Position numbers and translations under genes: made by a program. DNA of 64,000 nucleotides from Nitrospirota bacterium. GTDB lineage: Bacteria > Nitrospirota > UBA9217. The DNA lies in the NCBI GenBank assembly GCA_963796285.1, contig CAWCKW010000012.1, forward strand, positions 1,472,001-1,536,000, read 5' to 3'. Below the pieces are notes generated by a model. The model was not told where the DNA came from. It was given only the letters and a program-made list of their open reading frames with translations, and did not search any database. Positions 42,655-53,795 of this stretch are shown in pieces. Numbering within the stretch: position 1 is the first letter of the stretch; the number at the start of each line of letters is the position of its first letter.

Positions 42655-42888
42655 CTATTCCTCTTCCTGTTCTTCAAAGGGTTGGGCTTTCAAACTTCCT
42701 GCCTTATCTTTGAGCAGGATCTCCACCTTGCGCTCGGCCGCTTCCAGCCGGGTGTTGCAGATGCGTGAAAGCTTGATCCCCTCTTCGAACAATTTCAGCG
42801 ACTGCTCCAGGGGGAGGTCACCCTGCTCAAGCTCCTGCACGATCACCTCCAGCCGCGCCAGCGCTGTCTCAAACTTTTTTTCCGCCAT
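42655..42888 (-). CDS. xseB: Exodeoxyribonuclease VII small subunit
   Basis: [26 protein letters not shown]. Confidence 0.95.
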   Translation of the reverse strand: MAEKKFETALARLEVIVQELEQGDLPLEQSLKLFEEGIKLSRICNTRLEAAERKVEILLKDKAGSLKAQPFEEQEEE

Positions 42889-43043
42889 ATGATCGCATAC
42901 TCCACGATGTCGAGCCAAAAAAGAAAAGCCCGACAGAATAATTATATCCGCAACGAATGGACAAAATCAAGGATAAAGACTAGAAACATGCGTCAGGAAT
43001 GCTCACCGGGAACGGCTGGCTGCGTGGTTTGCACTGGTGTCTC

Positions 43044-44477
43044 TTATTCGAGATATTTTTTTAAATCGATTTTGGCGGCGTTCGGATCAATGGTGCCGGC
43101 AATGGAGCGCCGATAGCGTCCTCCCGCGGTCTCCAGAAGACTGATGTCCGCGCCGGTCTCCTTTTCCGATCCATCGAACCGGTTCAGAATTAAAACGCGG
43201 GGACGCATCAAATCGCGCGTTTGATGCATGACGAGACCGACCTCACCCGTGTCCAGTTTAACAAGGGTGCCGATGGGGAAAATACCGACCATGTTGACAA
43301 ATGCCTTGACGAGGACGGGGTCGCAGGTGGCCCCTCTGTTCTTGATCAAGATCAGGATGGACTGGTTCGGGGGCGTCTGGGAGCTGTAATACACCCGAGC
43401 CGCCGTGATCGCTTCATAGGCATCGGCGAGGGCCACGATCTGAGAAAAGGGATGCCGCTCATGTTGACCGTTCACCTGTGGATAGCCCCGGGCTCCTCCG
43501 TGTTGGTGGTGTTCAAAAGCCGCCACCATGGCCATCTTGGACACGCCCGGTGTGTCGACGAGCAGCAGCGCCCCTTCGACGGGATGCCGTTTCACCTGAT
43601 CCCACTCTCCAGGCGTGAGCTTGCCGGGCTTATTGATGATCTCGTGAGGGACAGCCACCTTGCCGATATCATGCATCAGCGCCGCGGTACCCAATATGGC
43701 GATCTGGGGTTTGTCGAATGAGAGAAAGGTGCCGAGGGACGCCGCGAGGATCGACGTATTCACTGAGTGGGCGAAGGTGTATTCATCATACATCTTGAGG
43801 CTGGTCAAACCCATGAGGGCGTCCCTGTTGTCCAGGATATTGTCCACCATGGTTTGTATGACGGAGTTGACTTTTCGCACACTGGATACCTGCTCAAAAT
43901 GCATTGCCTGGACCATCTCCTTCACCGTGTCGATTGCGTCCTTGAACAGGTCGGATGCCTTCTTTTTCCCCGCCTTGTTGGACGCACCGGACTGCTTTTC
44001 AACAAGGACCACGTTGTGAAGCACGATGTGCAGTATTCCCTCTTTCTCGATAAGAGAATGGATGCCCCCCTGGCCGGCGAGAACCGCTGGTTCTTTGATC
44101 ATGAGACCGGCAAACCGGATTAGTTCCGGCGCGGAAAGTCCCGGAGTGAAGACGATCCCGCCCACGTCCCTCGTGGTGAATTGTTCCAGGAGCAGGGAAA
44201 GCGATTGGTCGATCGGGATGGATATTTTCTCAAAAAACAGCTCGCCGCCGACAAGAAAAAAAACCACTTCCTTTCGGTCCACAAGCAGTTCTTCGATCTT
44301 GCCCCGGAATTTGTCCGCTGCGGTAAGCAGATACGGGTGCGCTTCCGGATACAGGGCCGCGTTCTTCAGGATGGCGGAGAGTTGCTGGAACGCGGTCCGC
44401 GCCGAGTCGATCAACAGCTGTTTCGCGTAAAAGGACTGTCTCGCCTCTCCCCGGCTATCGCTTTGTTCGTCCGCCAT
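43044..44477 (-). CDS. HD-GYP domain protein with uncharacterised N-terminal domain
   Basis: YTFAHS, HDIGK, HHQH...GYP, ADAYEA; start MADEQ overlaps the upstream gene. Confidence 0.88.
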   Translation of the reverse strand: MADEQSDSRGEARQSFYAKQLLIDSARTAFQQLSAILKNAALYPEAHPYLLTAADKFRGKIEELLVDRKEVVFFLVGGELFFEKISIPIDQSLSLLLEQFTTRDVGGIVFTPGLSAPELIRFAGLMIKEPAVLAGQGGIHSLIEKEGILHIVLHNVVLVEKQSGASNKAGKKKASDLFKDAIDTVKEMVQAMHFEQVSSVRKVNSVIQTMVDNILDNRDALMGLTSLKMYDEYTFAHSVNTSILAASLGTFLSFDKPQIAILGTAALMHDIGKVAVPHEIINKPGKLTPGEWDQVKRHPVEGALLLVDTPGVSKMAMVAAFEHHQHGGARGYPQVNGQHERHPFSQIVALADAYEAITAARVYYSSQTPPNQSILILIKNRGATCDPVLVKAFVNMVGIFPIGTLVKLDTGEVGLVMHQTRDLMRPRVLILNRFDGSEKETGADISLLETAGGRYRRSIAGTIDPNAAKIDLKKYLE

Positions 44478-46554
44478 TGTCCAGTCTCCTCGATATTTCT
44501 TCTCCGGCTTGTTCGGCCGCGACCTTGATCTGCTTTTGAGGTTTCCGGGGTCTCCACCACCGGATGATTTCATACCGTTTAAGAAATTCCATCGCATCCC
44601 GCCCGCCGATTTTCCCCAGCGTCTTGATCGCATCGATCGTGAGTTCTAGCTCTTTCTTTCTCAGGGACCGTTCCTCCAGGAACTCCATCAGCGGTCTTGA
44701 TTCCTCAGCACCGATGCCGGAAAAATCGCCATACGCATGGATCGCCGTCGCCTGGACGCCGGCATCTCCGTCGCGCAGCAATTTCGCCAGAATACTGGCC
44801 GCCTTTTTCCCGCCGATGGTTAGCAGCCCCTTGATGACTTCCTGCCGGATTCGGACATTCTTGTGGTCCGCAGCCTTTCGGAGAAATAAAAGGGCCTGGT
44901 CCGTCTTGCTTTCCCCGAGGATGCTCACAATATTGCGCACAAAATACCAGCGATTGTCCGAAAGGAGTTCCCCAAGCAGGGCGATCTGGTTCCTGCCGAC
45001 ATCTTTCAAGAGATCTACGTAGAAGATCCGCGCCGGACGGTCCTGTTCCTCCGCCATAAGTTCCAGAAGGACTTCCGTTGTTTTCCGTTCGAATTTTGAG
45101 ATGTAGGCATAAGCCGACTGGTATTCTCGAGAACTCTTAGGATGCTTTCTCAGTTCGCCGATTGCCGCAATAATAACGGACTTGGATGCTGTCTTCTTCA
45201 GGGCCTCTTCTATTCGCTGCTGGAATGCAGGGTCCACCGGCTGCTGAAACGCCTGGATAATGCTTAATGCTCGATCATAGTCCTTTCCATTCAAAAAAAA
45301 GCTCAACATGTCCTCGAGCTGACGGACCACGCTGGAAAAACGGATGAGTTCCTTCTCATCCGGAACGGAATGCAGCGGATTCTTCGCGAGAGGCAACAGG
45401 CAAATGAAGGTGTGCAGTGCTGCTTGGAAGATGTCCGATTCCATGCCGGCTTCTCCAAGAATTTTAAGCCGTTCCATTTCGTCCGGACTGTACTCGGCCA
45501 TTTCTCTGGCGATCCCGGGGAGGTCCTGGGATATGGACGCGGCTTCCAGCTCAGCGGGTGACACTGGAGGAGTGGATGGGAGGGCTTTCTTTGATGAAGA
45601 TTTCTTCAGGAGCGTTGATACCTGCTGCACGGTCCAGGCATGGGAAAAACGCCCTGCCTGGATCTCGTGAAGCGCGGAGGGCAACTGTTGATCAACGTCG
45701 GATTGCTGTTCCGCCGCCATTTCCGTGTCCAGGTCTTTATACAACTTGCCGGCAACGAGCGAGTCGCGAAAGTTTGGCTCAAGAGAAAGAGCGGACTTGG
45801 CCAGGCCCTCGAACATGGCATCGCTCTGTCCGGCATGCTCAGCTTCTATCTTTGCGCCTGCTTCCTGATATAGGGAATACAGTCGGTCCTCCACACTTTC
45901 ATGTTCAGCGCGCGTCCGCTTAGCAAGTTCAAGCATACTGAAGGCGAACCCCGAAGGATCGCTGATCAGATCACCCAGGACCAGTGTGCGGCCAAAAAAT
46001 ACTTTTTCCTTCTTGGCCACTGACGGCGCCATTGCTTCCGTGGTTGCAGTGGCCCCCGTTGAGGTCTTATCCATCAAACCCTTTGACCTCTTCGTCGTTA
46101 TGATTTCGTCAAGACCCGCCTCGGTCACCTTGATATGCTCCGCACCCTTTTCCCAGAGGATCGAAGTAATACCGTTCTTCATCGCCAGGTCTTCCGATGA
46201 CAGGGCGAGTGCCCGACAAAGCTCAAGCAGTTCCGCCTCAGTCACCCCGGCGCTGAGGACGATCTCACGGATCCCTTTCGCAAACAGGTCCTGAGCAATG
46301 GCCTTGTTCAGCTGCGCCTCTTTCCCAACGGGCATGCGCTGGTAGGTGAAGTTGGTTTTTTGCACACCGACCGAGTATTCCGGCGCCGTGGTCAGAAAAT
46401 GTTCCAGCAATTCAAAGGATTTTTTTATTGATTGGAAATAAATGGGATTATTGGGAGGGTAGATCTTAACCGTCCTGATCGCCGACACGAGAGAGCGCAT
46501 AACATCGTGTACTTCGGGGGTAAGAATTTCTTCCTGGCCGATATCTTTCTGCAT
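44455..46554 (-). CDS. HEAT-repeat protein with uncharacterised N-terminal domain
   Basis: C-terminal repeats (LLSDNRWYFVRNIVSILG, DHKNVRIRQEVIKGL, LRDGDAGVQATAI). Confidence 0.82.
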   Translation of the reverse strand: MQKDIGQEEILTPEVHDVMRSLVSAIRTVKIYPPNNPIYFQSIKKSFELLEHFLTTAPEYSVGVQKTNFTYQRMPVGKEAQLNKAIAQDLFAKGIREIVLSAGVTEAELLELCRALALSSEDLAMKNGITSILWEKGAEHIKVTEAGLDEIITTKRSKGLMDKTSTGATATTEAMAPSVAKKEKVFFGRTLVLGDLISDPSGFAFSMLELAKRTRAEHESVEDRLYSLYQEAGAKIEAEHAGQSDAMFEGLAKSALSLEPNFRDSLVAGKLYKDLDTEMAAEQQSDVDQQLPSALHEIQAGRFSHAWTVQQVSTLLKKSSSKKALPSTPPVSPAELEAASISQDLPGIAREMAEYSPDEMERLKILGEAGMESDIFQAALHTFICLLPLAKNPLHSVPDEKELIRFSSVVRQLEDMLSFFLNGKDYDRALSIIQAFQQPVDPAFQQRIEEALKKTASKSVIIAAIGELRKHPKSSREYQSAYAYISKFERKTTEVLLELMAEEQDRPARIFYVDLLKDVGRNQIALLGELLSDNRWYFVRNIVSILGESKTDQALLFLRKAADHKNVRIRQEVIKGLLTIGGKKAASILAKLLRDGDAGVQATAIHAYGDFSGIGAEESRPLMEFLEERSLRKKELELTIDAIKTLGKIGGRDAMEFLKRYEIIRWWRPRKPQKQIKVAAEQAGEEISRRLDNGGRTKR

Positions 46555-46676
46555 GGTTTTTACTGTACCACAAGACGGACCGGGTGTCAAAAGGAGAACG
46601 GAACGCACCCCCGCTTCGGTAATCGCAGGCGGGCGCTCCCGCCTGGTCATTGGTAGTGCACGGCTTTCGGCGGCGA

Positions 46677-47894
46677 CTACGTGTCCATGGCGTCGGGCCT
46701 TTCCACGCGGGACAAGACCTCTCCCTCATGGAGCCTGGTGCTGATCAGATCGCCCGCCATGACCGCTGCGGCATCTTTAAGGATCACCCCTTCAGGCATT
46801 TTTCTGGTTACACTATATCCACGCGATAGGATACCGAGCGGATTTAAATGGTCGAGACCCGCGGTCAGAGAGGTAAGTTGTGCCCGGTCCCGCCGAACAT
46901 GCTGCCGAAGTCCCAACGCCATCCGGCGAACCAGTTCATCCACCCGCTGCACGACCTGCTCCAGCCTCCGCCGCGGATCTCCCAGCAGGCGGATGTTCTC
47001 GCGGAGCGATGCACGCAACGTCTCGATCCGCTGTTCCATGCGGCCGATAAGTCTGGACTCAAGAGAGTGAATGGTGTCCCGTAAACGCTCCTCGCTCCCC
47101 ACCACCATTTCGGCCGCAGCAGAGGGCGTAGGCGCACGGAGGTCAGCGACAAAATCCGAGATCGTATAGTCCGTTTCGTGTCCGACTGCCGAAATGATCG
47201 GTATTTGCGATGCATGAATCGCGCGCGCCACTTCCTCTTCGTTGAATGCCCAGAGGTCTTCGAGAGATCCGCCGCCGCGGCCCACGATCATCACATCAAC
47301 GTTCTTAAACCTGTTGAAATACTGAATCGCCTCGACAATGGCGGGAAAAGCTTCTTTGCCCTGGACCGGCACGGGATAGAGCAGAATATGCATCCTGGGA
47401 TGGCGCCGCTTGATCACGCGCAGCATATCACGGATCGCAGCGCCGGTCGGTGAGGTAACGATACCGATGCGCCGGGGCAGAAGAGGGAGCGGCTTCTTGC
47501 GATCGCGGTCGAACAGCCCTTCTTTTTCGAGCCTGGCCTTGAGCTGTTCAAAGGCAAGCTGAAGCGCGCCCACACCTTTGGGTTCTATATAGTCGAGAAT
47601 AAGCTGGTACTCACCGCGCGGGTCATAGACACTGAGCCTGCCCCGGCAAAGCACGTGTATGCCGTGTTGCAGCGTGAACTTGAGGAACCGAAGTGAGGAG
47701 CGGAACATGACCGCGCGAATCTGGGCGTGTTCGTCCTTGAGCGTGAAATACGCGTGACCGGACTGGGGGATGCTGAGGTTCGAGATCTCACCTTCCACCC
47801 AGACATCGGGAAACGCCTCTTCGAGGAAGGTTTTGATCTGAGAGGTAAGCTGTGTAACTGTTAGAATATGAGACTTACTTGGCCCTTGACCCAT
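46677..47894 (-). CDS. xseA: Exodeoxyribonuclease VII large subunit
   Basis: VWVEGEISN, SGHAYFTLKD, RGGGSLEDLWAFNEE, GHETD, APTPSAAAE. Confidence 0.96.
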   Translation of the reverse strand: MGQGPSKSHILTVTQLTSQIKTFLEEAFPDVWVEGEISNLSIPQSGHAYFTLKDEHAQIRAVMFRSSLRFLKFTLQHGIHVLCRGRLSVYDPRGEYQLILDYIEPKGVGALQLAFEQLKARLEKEGLFDRDRKKPLPLLPRRIGIVTSPTGAAIRDMLRVIKRRHPRMHILLYPVPVQGKEAFPAIVEAIQYFNRFKNVDVMIVGRGGGSLEDLWAFNEEEVARAIHASQIPIISAVGHETDYTISDFVADLRAPTPSAAAEMVVGSEERLRDTIHSLESRLIGRMEQRIETLRASLRENIRLLGDPRRRLEQVVQRVDELVRRMALGLRQHVRRDRAQLTSLTAGLDHLNPLGILSRGYSVTRKMPEGVILKDAAAVMAGDLISTRLHEGEVLSRVERPDAMDT

Positions 47895-47905
47895 GACTCC
47901 AGATC

Positions 47906-48685
47906 CTACGATTTAAGGTGTATGCGCTCAATGGAATTCGCCTTTCCCGTCTTTCCATCAATATCAACTAGCACTGCGCAGAGGTGCACCGGTCCTTTGG
48001 GTATCTCGAACCTATGCGGGGTCTGCGTGAGGAACCTCGCAATGGCCTGTTCCTTTTTTACACCGATGACCGAGTCAGTGGGACCGGTCATGCCCGCATC
48101 GGTAATGAAAGCCGTCCCGCCCGGAAGGACCCGTTCATCGGCTGTCTGAACATGCGTATGGGTCCCGATCACCGCGCTCGCCTTGCCGTCCAGGTGCCAG
48201 GCGAGGGCGATCTTCTCGGAGGTGGCCTCGGCGTGAAAATCGATGATCACAACAGGCGTTTCTTTTTTCAGTTTCTCGATCTCTTGTTCGGCAACACGGA
48301 ACGGGTCTGTCAGGTTCGACATGAAGACCCTCCCTTCGAGGTTCAGGACCGCAGCCTTGCCGGCGTTCTCGGTCGAGATGATCACACTTCCATATCCGGG
48401 GTTCCCGTCGGGGTAGTTGGCCGGCCGGATGAGCCGGTCCTGCTTGGCGAGATAGGGTTCGATCTCCTTCTTGTCCCAGACGTGGTTGCCCGACGTCAGC
48501 ACGTCGATGCCGAGAAAGAACAGCTCATCGGCGATCTCGGATGTGATTCCGAATCCGCCCGCCGAGTTCTCGCCGTTCGCTATTACGAGATCGGGACGAT
48601 GCGTGTCCCTGAGCCCGCGCAATTGCGCCCGAACCATCTTCCTGCCCGGCTCGCCGATGATGTCACCGATGAAAAGAACCTTCAA
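47906..48685 (-). CDS. ymdB: YmdB/TIGR00282 family metallophosphoesterase
   Basis: FIGDI.G, NGEN, SGNH, DFHAEATSEK, GTHTHV, TDAGMTG; TTG start after a GGAGG RBS. Confidence 0.92.
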   Translation of the reverse strand: MKVLFIGDIIGEPGRKMVRAQLRGLRDTHRPDLVIANGENSAGGFGITSEIADELFFLGIDVLTSGNHVWDKKEIEPYLAKQDRLIRPANYPDGNPGYGSVIISTENAGKAAVLNLEGRVFMSNLTDPFRVAEQEIEKLKKETPVVIIDFHAEATSEKIALAWHLDGKASAVIGTHTHVQTADERVLPGGTAFITDAGMTGPTDSVIGVKKEQAIARFLTQTPHRFEIPKGPVHLCAVLVDIDGKTGKANSIERIHLKS

Positions 48686-48702
48686 CAGAACCTCCATGAC
48701 AT

Positions 48703-48789
48703 TCAGAAGCCAGGATGTCAGAGCCAGGATGATAAATGCAATGTTCATCTGATTTCTGACTTCTGTCTTCTGGCTTCTGTATTCTGCTT
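48703..48789. repeat. Inverted heptamer arrays (CAGAAGC-type / TTCTGNN x5), ymdB-rny junction
   Basis: cagaagc caggatg tcagagc caggatg ... ttctgac ttctgtc ttctggc ttctgta ttctgct; CAGAAGCCAG/CTGGCTTCTG is a perfect inverted pair. Confidence 0.8.
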
Positions 48790-48791
48790 CA

Positions 48792-50348
48792 CTACTTCGC
48801 ATACTCCACATACCTGCTCTCGCGCACCACCGTAACCTTGATCTGACCGGGGTAGGACATCTCGGTCTCGATCTTCTTGGCTATATCGCGCGAAAGCTGG
48901 GCGGAGTGCGCGTCAGAAAGGTCTTCCGGTTTGACGATGATGCGGATCTCACGGCCTGCCTGGATTGCGTAGGATTTCTCGACCCCTTTGAAGGAATTTG
49001 CCGCGGTCTCGAGCTGCTCAAGCCGCTTGAGGTAGCTCTCGAGTGTCTCTCGACGCACGCCCGGCCTTCCCGCCGAAAGCGCGTCCGCAGCCGCAACCAG
49101 AACAGACTCCACACAGTTCGGTTCCCCGTCGCCATGGTGGGTCATGATCGCGTTGATCACCTTGGGGTTCTCGCCGTACTTTTTGGCCAGGTCTCCGCCG
49201 ATCTGGGGATGGGTTCCTTCCACCTCGTGGTCAATAGCCTTGCCCAGGTCATGCAGCAGACCGGCGCGGCGCGCGAGCTTCTGGTCCACGCCGCACTCCG
49301 CAGCCATGATGCCGGCGAAATAGGCCACCTCGCGCGAGTGCATCAGCACGTTCTGTCCGTAGCTCGTACGGAACCTGAGCCTCCCGAGGAGTTTGATGAT
49401 CTCGGGGTGAATATTATGGAGACCCAGGTCGAAAGCTGCTTTTTCTCCCTCCTCCTTCATCGTGACATCGAGGTCTTTCCTGACCTTCTCGGCAATCTCT
49501 TCGATCCGGGCGGGATGAATGCGGCCATCGTGAATCAAACGCTCGATGGTGAGCTTCGCGATCTCTCTCCGGAGAGGATCATAGCACGATAGGATCACCG
49601 CTTCCGGCGTATCGTCGATGATCAGGTCAATGCCGGTCGCTGCCTCGAGTGCCCTGATGTTCCGGCCCTCGCGCCCGATGATTCTGCCCTTCATTTCGTC
49701 ATTGGGGAGATTGACCACGGAGACCGTGGCCTCCGCCACATAATCGCTGGCATACCGCTGGATGGCGAGGCTCATGATGTTCTTCGACTTCTTGTCCGCC
49801 TCTTCCTTGGCCTCGTCCTCGATCCGCTTGATGCTCTTGGCCGCCTCATACTTGGCCTCGTCTTCCATCGCGACCATGAGCTGGCGCTTGGCCTCCTCGG
49901 CGGTCATGTTCGCGATCTTCTCGAGCATCTCCCGCTGCTCGCGGAGTCCCCTCTCGAAGCGCTCTTCTTTTTCCTGTGCGACCTTTTCCTTCGCCGTCAG
50001 TTCCCGCTCGCGCCGCATTGCATCGGCTTCCCGCTTCTCGATAAGGTCGGTCTTTTTGTCAAGACTCTCTTCCTTCTGGGTGAGCCGCCGCTCCTGGTTC
50101 TGGAGTTCCTGTCGCTTGTCACGGGTCTCCTTCTCGAAGTCCGAGCGTGCCTGATAGAACTTGTCCTTGGACTCGAGCACCGCCTCCTTGCGCTTGGTCT
50201 CCGCCTCGCGCTCGGCGGTGGCAATGATCCTCGCAGCCTCGGTCTCAGCGTCCTTGATCTTGTTGGCAACGGCCTTCCCCTTGATCAGCAGGCCTGCGCC
50301 GACACCTATGGCAAGCCCTACAACCAACACCACAATATACTCAATCAT
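48792..50348 (-). CDS. rny: Ribonuclease Y
   Basis: N-terminal TM helix, coiled coil, KH domain ([13 protein letters not shown]), HD domain (LLHDLGK). Confidence 0.97.
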   Translation of the reverse strand: MIEYIVVLVVGLAIGVGAGLLIKGKAVANKIKDAETEAARIIATAEREAETKRKEAVLESKDKFYQARSDFEKETRDKRQELQNQERRLTQKEESLDKKTDLIEKREADAMRRERELTAKEKVAQEKEERFERGLREQREMLEKIANMTAEEAKRQLMVAMEDEAKYEAAKSIKRIEDEAKEEADKKSKNIMSLAIQRYASDYVAEATVSVVNLPNDEMKGRIIGREGRNIRALEAATGIDLIIDDTPEAVILSCYDPLRREIAKLTIERLIHDGRIHPARIEEIAEKVRKDLDVTMKEEGEKAAFDLGLHNIHPEIIKLLGRLRFRTSYGQNVLMHSREVAYFAGIMAAECGVDQKLARRAGLLHDLGKAIDHEVEGTHPQIGGDLAKKYGENPKVINAIMTHHGDGEPNCVESVLVAAADALSAGRPGVRRETLESYLKRLEQLETAANSFKGVEKSYAIQAGREIRIIVKPEDLSDAHSAQLSRDIAKKIETEMSYPGQIKVTVVRESRYVEYAK

Positions 50349-51684
50349 GCCCCATTTCCTCCTGGTATCTCTTCTTCAGCCCGGCAAGGCGCTCTTTGAT
50401 CCTTTTTTCTTCGCCTTGCTCCGAGGGCCGATAATATTCCCGCTTTTGCGGGAGGTAGTCCTGGGCCGTATAGTGGCCCGGAAAATCATGCGGATATTTG
50501 TAGCCCTTGCCCCTGCCAAGACGACCAGCCCCTCTGTAATGAGCGTCTTTCAGGTGGTCCGGTACAGGCAGGAGCTTTCCTTCCTCAATGTCTTTCATCG
50601 CCCCTTTGATGGCAAGATACGACGCATTGCTCTTCGGCGCCGAGGCGACATACACTGCCGCCTGTGCAAGCGGCAGCGTGCCCTCGGGCATGCCGATGCG
50701 CTCCACTGCCTGATATGCGGAAACGGCCACGAAGAGCGCCCGCGGGTCCGCGTTCCCCACATCCTCGCTTGCGGCGATAACGATCCTGCGCGCAATAAAC
50801 AACGGGTCCTCGCCTGCGGTGATCATCTTTGCCATCCAGTAGAGCGTTGCATCGGGGTCGCTCCCGCGCATGCTCTTGATGAACGCGGAAATCGTGTCAT
50901 AGTGCTCGTCTTCATCGTAGGCCAGAGCCTTCCTCTGGATGGACTCCTCGGCAGTAAGGAGATCATACAGTATTGCGCCATCAGTGCCCGGCGCTGTCGA
51001 GAGAACGCCGAGTTCGAGGGCATTCAGCGCACGCCGCGCGTCACCGTTTGATTTCGCAATAATGTGGTCGAGTGCGTCCGGCGTCAGGGTCACCGCCAGG
51101 TTCCCAAGTCCCCGTTCTTTATCCGCAAGCGCACGGAGGATGAGCGCCCTAAGGTCTTCATTGTCGAGCGGCTTGAACTCAAAGATCTGCGAGCGTGATG
51201 AGAGTGCTGGAATAATGGCGAAAAAAGGGTTCTGCGTCGAAGCACCGATAAGTGTGATATTCCCTCGTTCTACATCGGGCAGGAGCGCGTCCTGCTGCAC
51301 CCGCGTAAAGCGGTGGATCTCGTCGATAAAGAGAAGGGTCCTCCTACCTCTTTGAGATCGCTCCTCTGCGGACTCGTGCGTGACCTTCCGGATGTCGGCG
51401 ACACCGGCAGTGACAGCATTGAGCGCGACAAAGTGTGCACTGCTCCGCTCCGCGATCAGGTGCGCAAGCGCGGTCTTACCCACGCCAGGCGGACCATAAA
51501 GGATAAGCGACATGAACCGGTCGGTCTCGATGGCCCTGCGAAGGAGTTTGCCCGAGCCAAGGACATGTTCCTGTCCTACGAACTCAGACAGGTCACGGGG
51601 GCGCATTCTCCAAGCCAGAGGCGATAGAGAAGGCTCGATGGACGACTCTTCAGGTGTATTTTTTTTGAGGTTTTTGAGACCCAA
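50341..51684 (-). CDS. rarA: Replication-associated recombination protein A (RarA/MgsA AAA+ ATPase)
   Basis: [46 protein letters not shown]. Confidence 0.95.
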   Translation of the reverse strand: MGLKNLKKNTPEESSIEPSLSPLAWRMRPRDLSEFVGQEHVLGSGKLLRRAIETDRFMSLILYGPPGVGKTALAHLIAERSSAHFVALNAVTAGVADIRKVTHESAEERSQRGRRTLLFIDEIHRFTRVQQDALLPDVERGNITLIGASTQNPFFAIIPALSSRSQIFEFKPLDNEDLRALILRALADKERGLGNLAVTLTPDALDHIIAKSNGDARRALNALELGVLSTAPGTDGAILYDLLTAEESIQRKALAYDEDEHYDTISAFIKSMRGSDPDATLYWMAKMITAGEDPLFIARRIVIAASEDVGNADPRALFVAVSAYQAVERIGMPEGTLPLAQAAVYVASAPKSNASYLAIKGAMKDIEEGKLLPVPDHLKDAHYRGAGRLGRGKGYKYPHDFPGHYTAQDYLPQKREYYRPSEQGEEKRIKERLAGLKKRYQEEMGHD

Positions 51685-52126
51685 CGTTCTTAACTGCAGG
51701 AGGGCTTACACGGGACCTGTGACAGTGAGGTGACCAGATTGATCCAGATCAGGATAACAGGGAACCGGGGATTTGATCGGATAACCGGGAACTTGCTGAT
51801 TTTCCAGGAGATTGCACAAGCCGACCCTGGCGAAGGGCCTTGGCTCGCATCGTCTCCAGAATGTCTGTTCCCGGTGATTCCTTTCGGTGAATATATGTAT
51901 GCATGAAAATCCCCATGTTCTTGATATGTTACCGCGCTGGCAAAACAATCTGTTTGCGGAACTGAGAAAACATCCCTTAGTGAAAACCTATATGCTCTAT
52001 TGTCTCAGCGTACCGCAGTTGCTTGAACACTATCACAAGCGCCGGAGCCGTATTCCCGCTCCTTTCGAACTCGCGCTGATTACACGTTATTTATGGCAAT
52101 GATGCCGTTCTTGTCGAACCGAAAAA

Positions 52127-52303
52127 AACCCCCGCTTTTGCCGTGTGGATAAACTTGATTCCTGGTATTAACCAGGTGGGCGCCATGTCAAAAAGTTTAG
52201 GCTTCCCAGTCCTATCTGGGCATGCACACCCTTTTCAGTGACAGCTCCCGTAATTTTTTTTTCACGAGGAACAAGTTACATCATCACGGGCAAAGCAGGG
52301 GAC
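52127..52303 (-). ncRNA. ssrS: 6S RNA
   Basis: About 180 nt downstream of zapA; complementary ends (cccctgctttgcc...ggcaaaagcgggg), internal gggagc/ggcgcccacctg motifs, upstream TTGCCA...TATAAT promoter-like sequence. Confidence 0.82.
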
Positions 52304-52478
52304 ATTTTTTATTTATACTATTATATACCAGAACCAGTTGAAAATGGCAAGAGGAAAAAATAACGAGCTTTGTCACCGGGTAGCTCAAATTGCACCTTAT
52401 TTCATACTGTTATACAAATATACGTCTACTCCCCTACCCCGTAAACATCGCGACCAAACATTGTTTGTCAAGTATTGA

Positions 52479-52751
52479 TCAGAGGTTTTCAGTCAGGTCG
52501 AGCAGCCGTTTAGCCGCATTCTCAGAGGTTTTTTCCATGTTACCATATTGCTCACGCAAGCGGTACAGCTCATCAGTGATCGTGAGCGCCGTCAGAATGG
52601 CCACCCGATGCGGATCTGCTGTTCCCGTACCTTTCTGTACTTCCTTCATCTTTGAATCAATGAACGCAGCCAGTTCGCGGATATAGGCAGGATCATCCTT
52701 GCCTTTGATGCTGTATACCTGACCGAATATTTCTACCTGCACGCGTTCCAT
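52479..52751 (-). CDS. zapA: Cell division protein ZapA
   Basis: VQVEIFGQVYSI, LAAFIDSKM, AILTALTITDEL. Confidence 0.92.
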   Translation of the reverse strand: MERVQVEIFGQVYSIKGKDDPAYIRELAAFIDSKMKEVQKGTGTADPHRVAILTALTITDELYRLREQYGNMEKTSENAAKRLLDLTENL

Positions 52752-52874
52752 GGTATAGTCCAATATTCTCCGTCACACATTCCAAGTACAATCAAATCTA
52801 AACTCCCTATTGTAAGATCGTGCCTGGTGCATGGAGTTTAACTGTCATTTCGTGTGTGGTACCCGTGCTTGCCC

Positions 52875-53780
52875 TTAAAACAGTGCGTTCACGAATTCCC
52901 TCGGATCAAAAACCCTCAGGTCTTCAATGGCCTCGCCGATGCCCACAAACTTTATCGGTATCGATAGCTCCTTGACAATAGCGAAAACAATGCCGCCCTT
53001 GGACGTGCCGTCAAGCTTCGTGAGCACGATACCGGTGACACCCACCGCCTCATGAAACATTTTGGCCTGCACCAGCGCGTTCTGTCCCGTGTTCCCGTCC
53101 AGGACGAGCAGCGTTTCATGCGGCGCGCCCGGCAGTTCGCGTGAAAGAATGCGGTGTATTTTCTTGAGCTCGTCCATGAGGTTCGATTTCGTATGCAGCC
53201 TGCCTGCAGTATCCACGATGAGCACGTCCACTGCACGGGCCTTTGCCGCCGAAACGGCATCGAACACCACAGCGCTGGGATCGGCGCCCTCCTGATGCTT
53301 GATCACCGGAATTCCTGCACGCTCCCCCCAGATCGAAAGCTGTTCCGATGCCGCTGCCCGGAAGGTGTCCCCCGCGGCAAGCATCACTTGCTTCCCTTCT
53401 GCTCGAAGCCGGTATGCCAGTTTGCCGATAGTGGTGGTCTTGCCCGTGCCATTCACTCCAACAACGAGCACGACAGCGGGGGAAGCAGCAGGGAGAAACA
53501 CCGACGGCCGGGCTGAGAGGATTTCAACCAGGATCTGCCTGAGCCTCTCCTTGACTTGCGAGGGAGAGGACAATTCATTGCGTTTGAACCGCTCTTTCAA
53601 GTCCTTGAGAACGTGCGAGGCGGTCCCCATTCCGACATCCGACGCGATAAGCGCCTCCTCAAGCTCGTCGAGAAACGCTTCGTCGATCTTCTCGCCAAGG
53701 ATCAGCGAGCCGACCTTGTCAGTAAAATTTTTTCTGGTCTTTGCCAGCCCGTCACTCAGGCTGCGGAGAACACCGAACAT
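52875..53780 (-). CDS. ftsY: SRP receptor FtsY
   Basis: GVNGTGKTTT, DTFRAAA, DTAGR, TKLDGTSKGG. Confidence 0.97.
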   Translation of the reverse strand: MFGVLRSLSDGLAKTRKNFTDKVGSLILGEKIDEAFLDELEEALIASDVGMGTASHVLKDLKERFKRNELSSPSQVKERLRQILVEILSARPSVFLPAASPAVVLVVGVNGTGKTTTIGKLAYRLRAEGKQVMLAAGDTFRAAASEQLSIWGERAGIPVIKHQEGADPSAVVFDAVSAAKARAVDVLIVDTAGRLHTKSNLMDELKKIHRILSRELPGAPHETLLVLDGNTGQNALVQAKMFHEAVGVTGIVLTKLDGTSKGGIVFAIVKELSIPIKFVGIGEAIEDLRVFDPREFVNALF

Positions 53781-53795
53781 AAAATATCCTCACAT

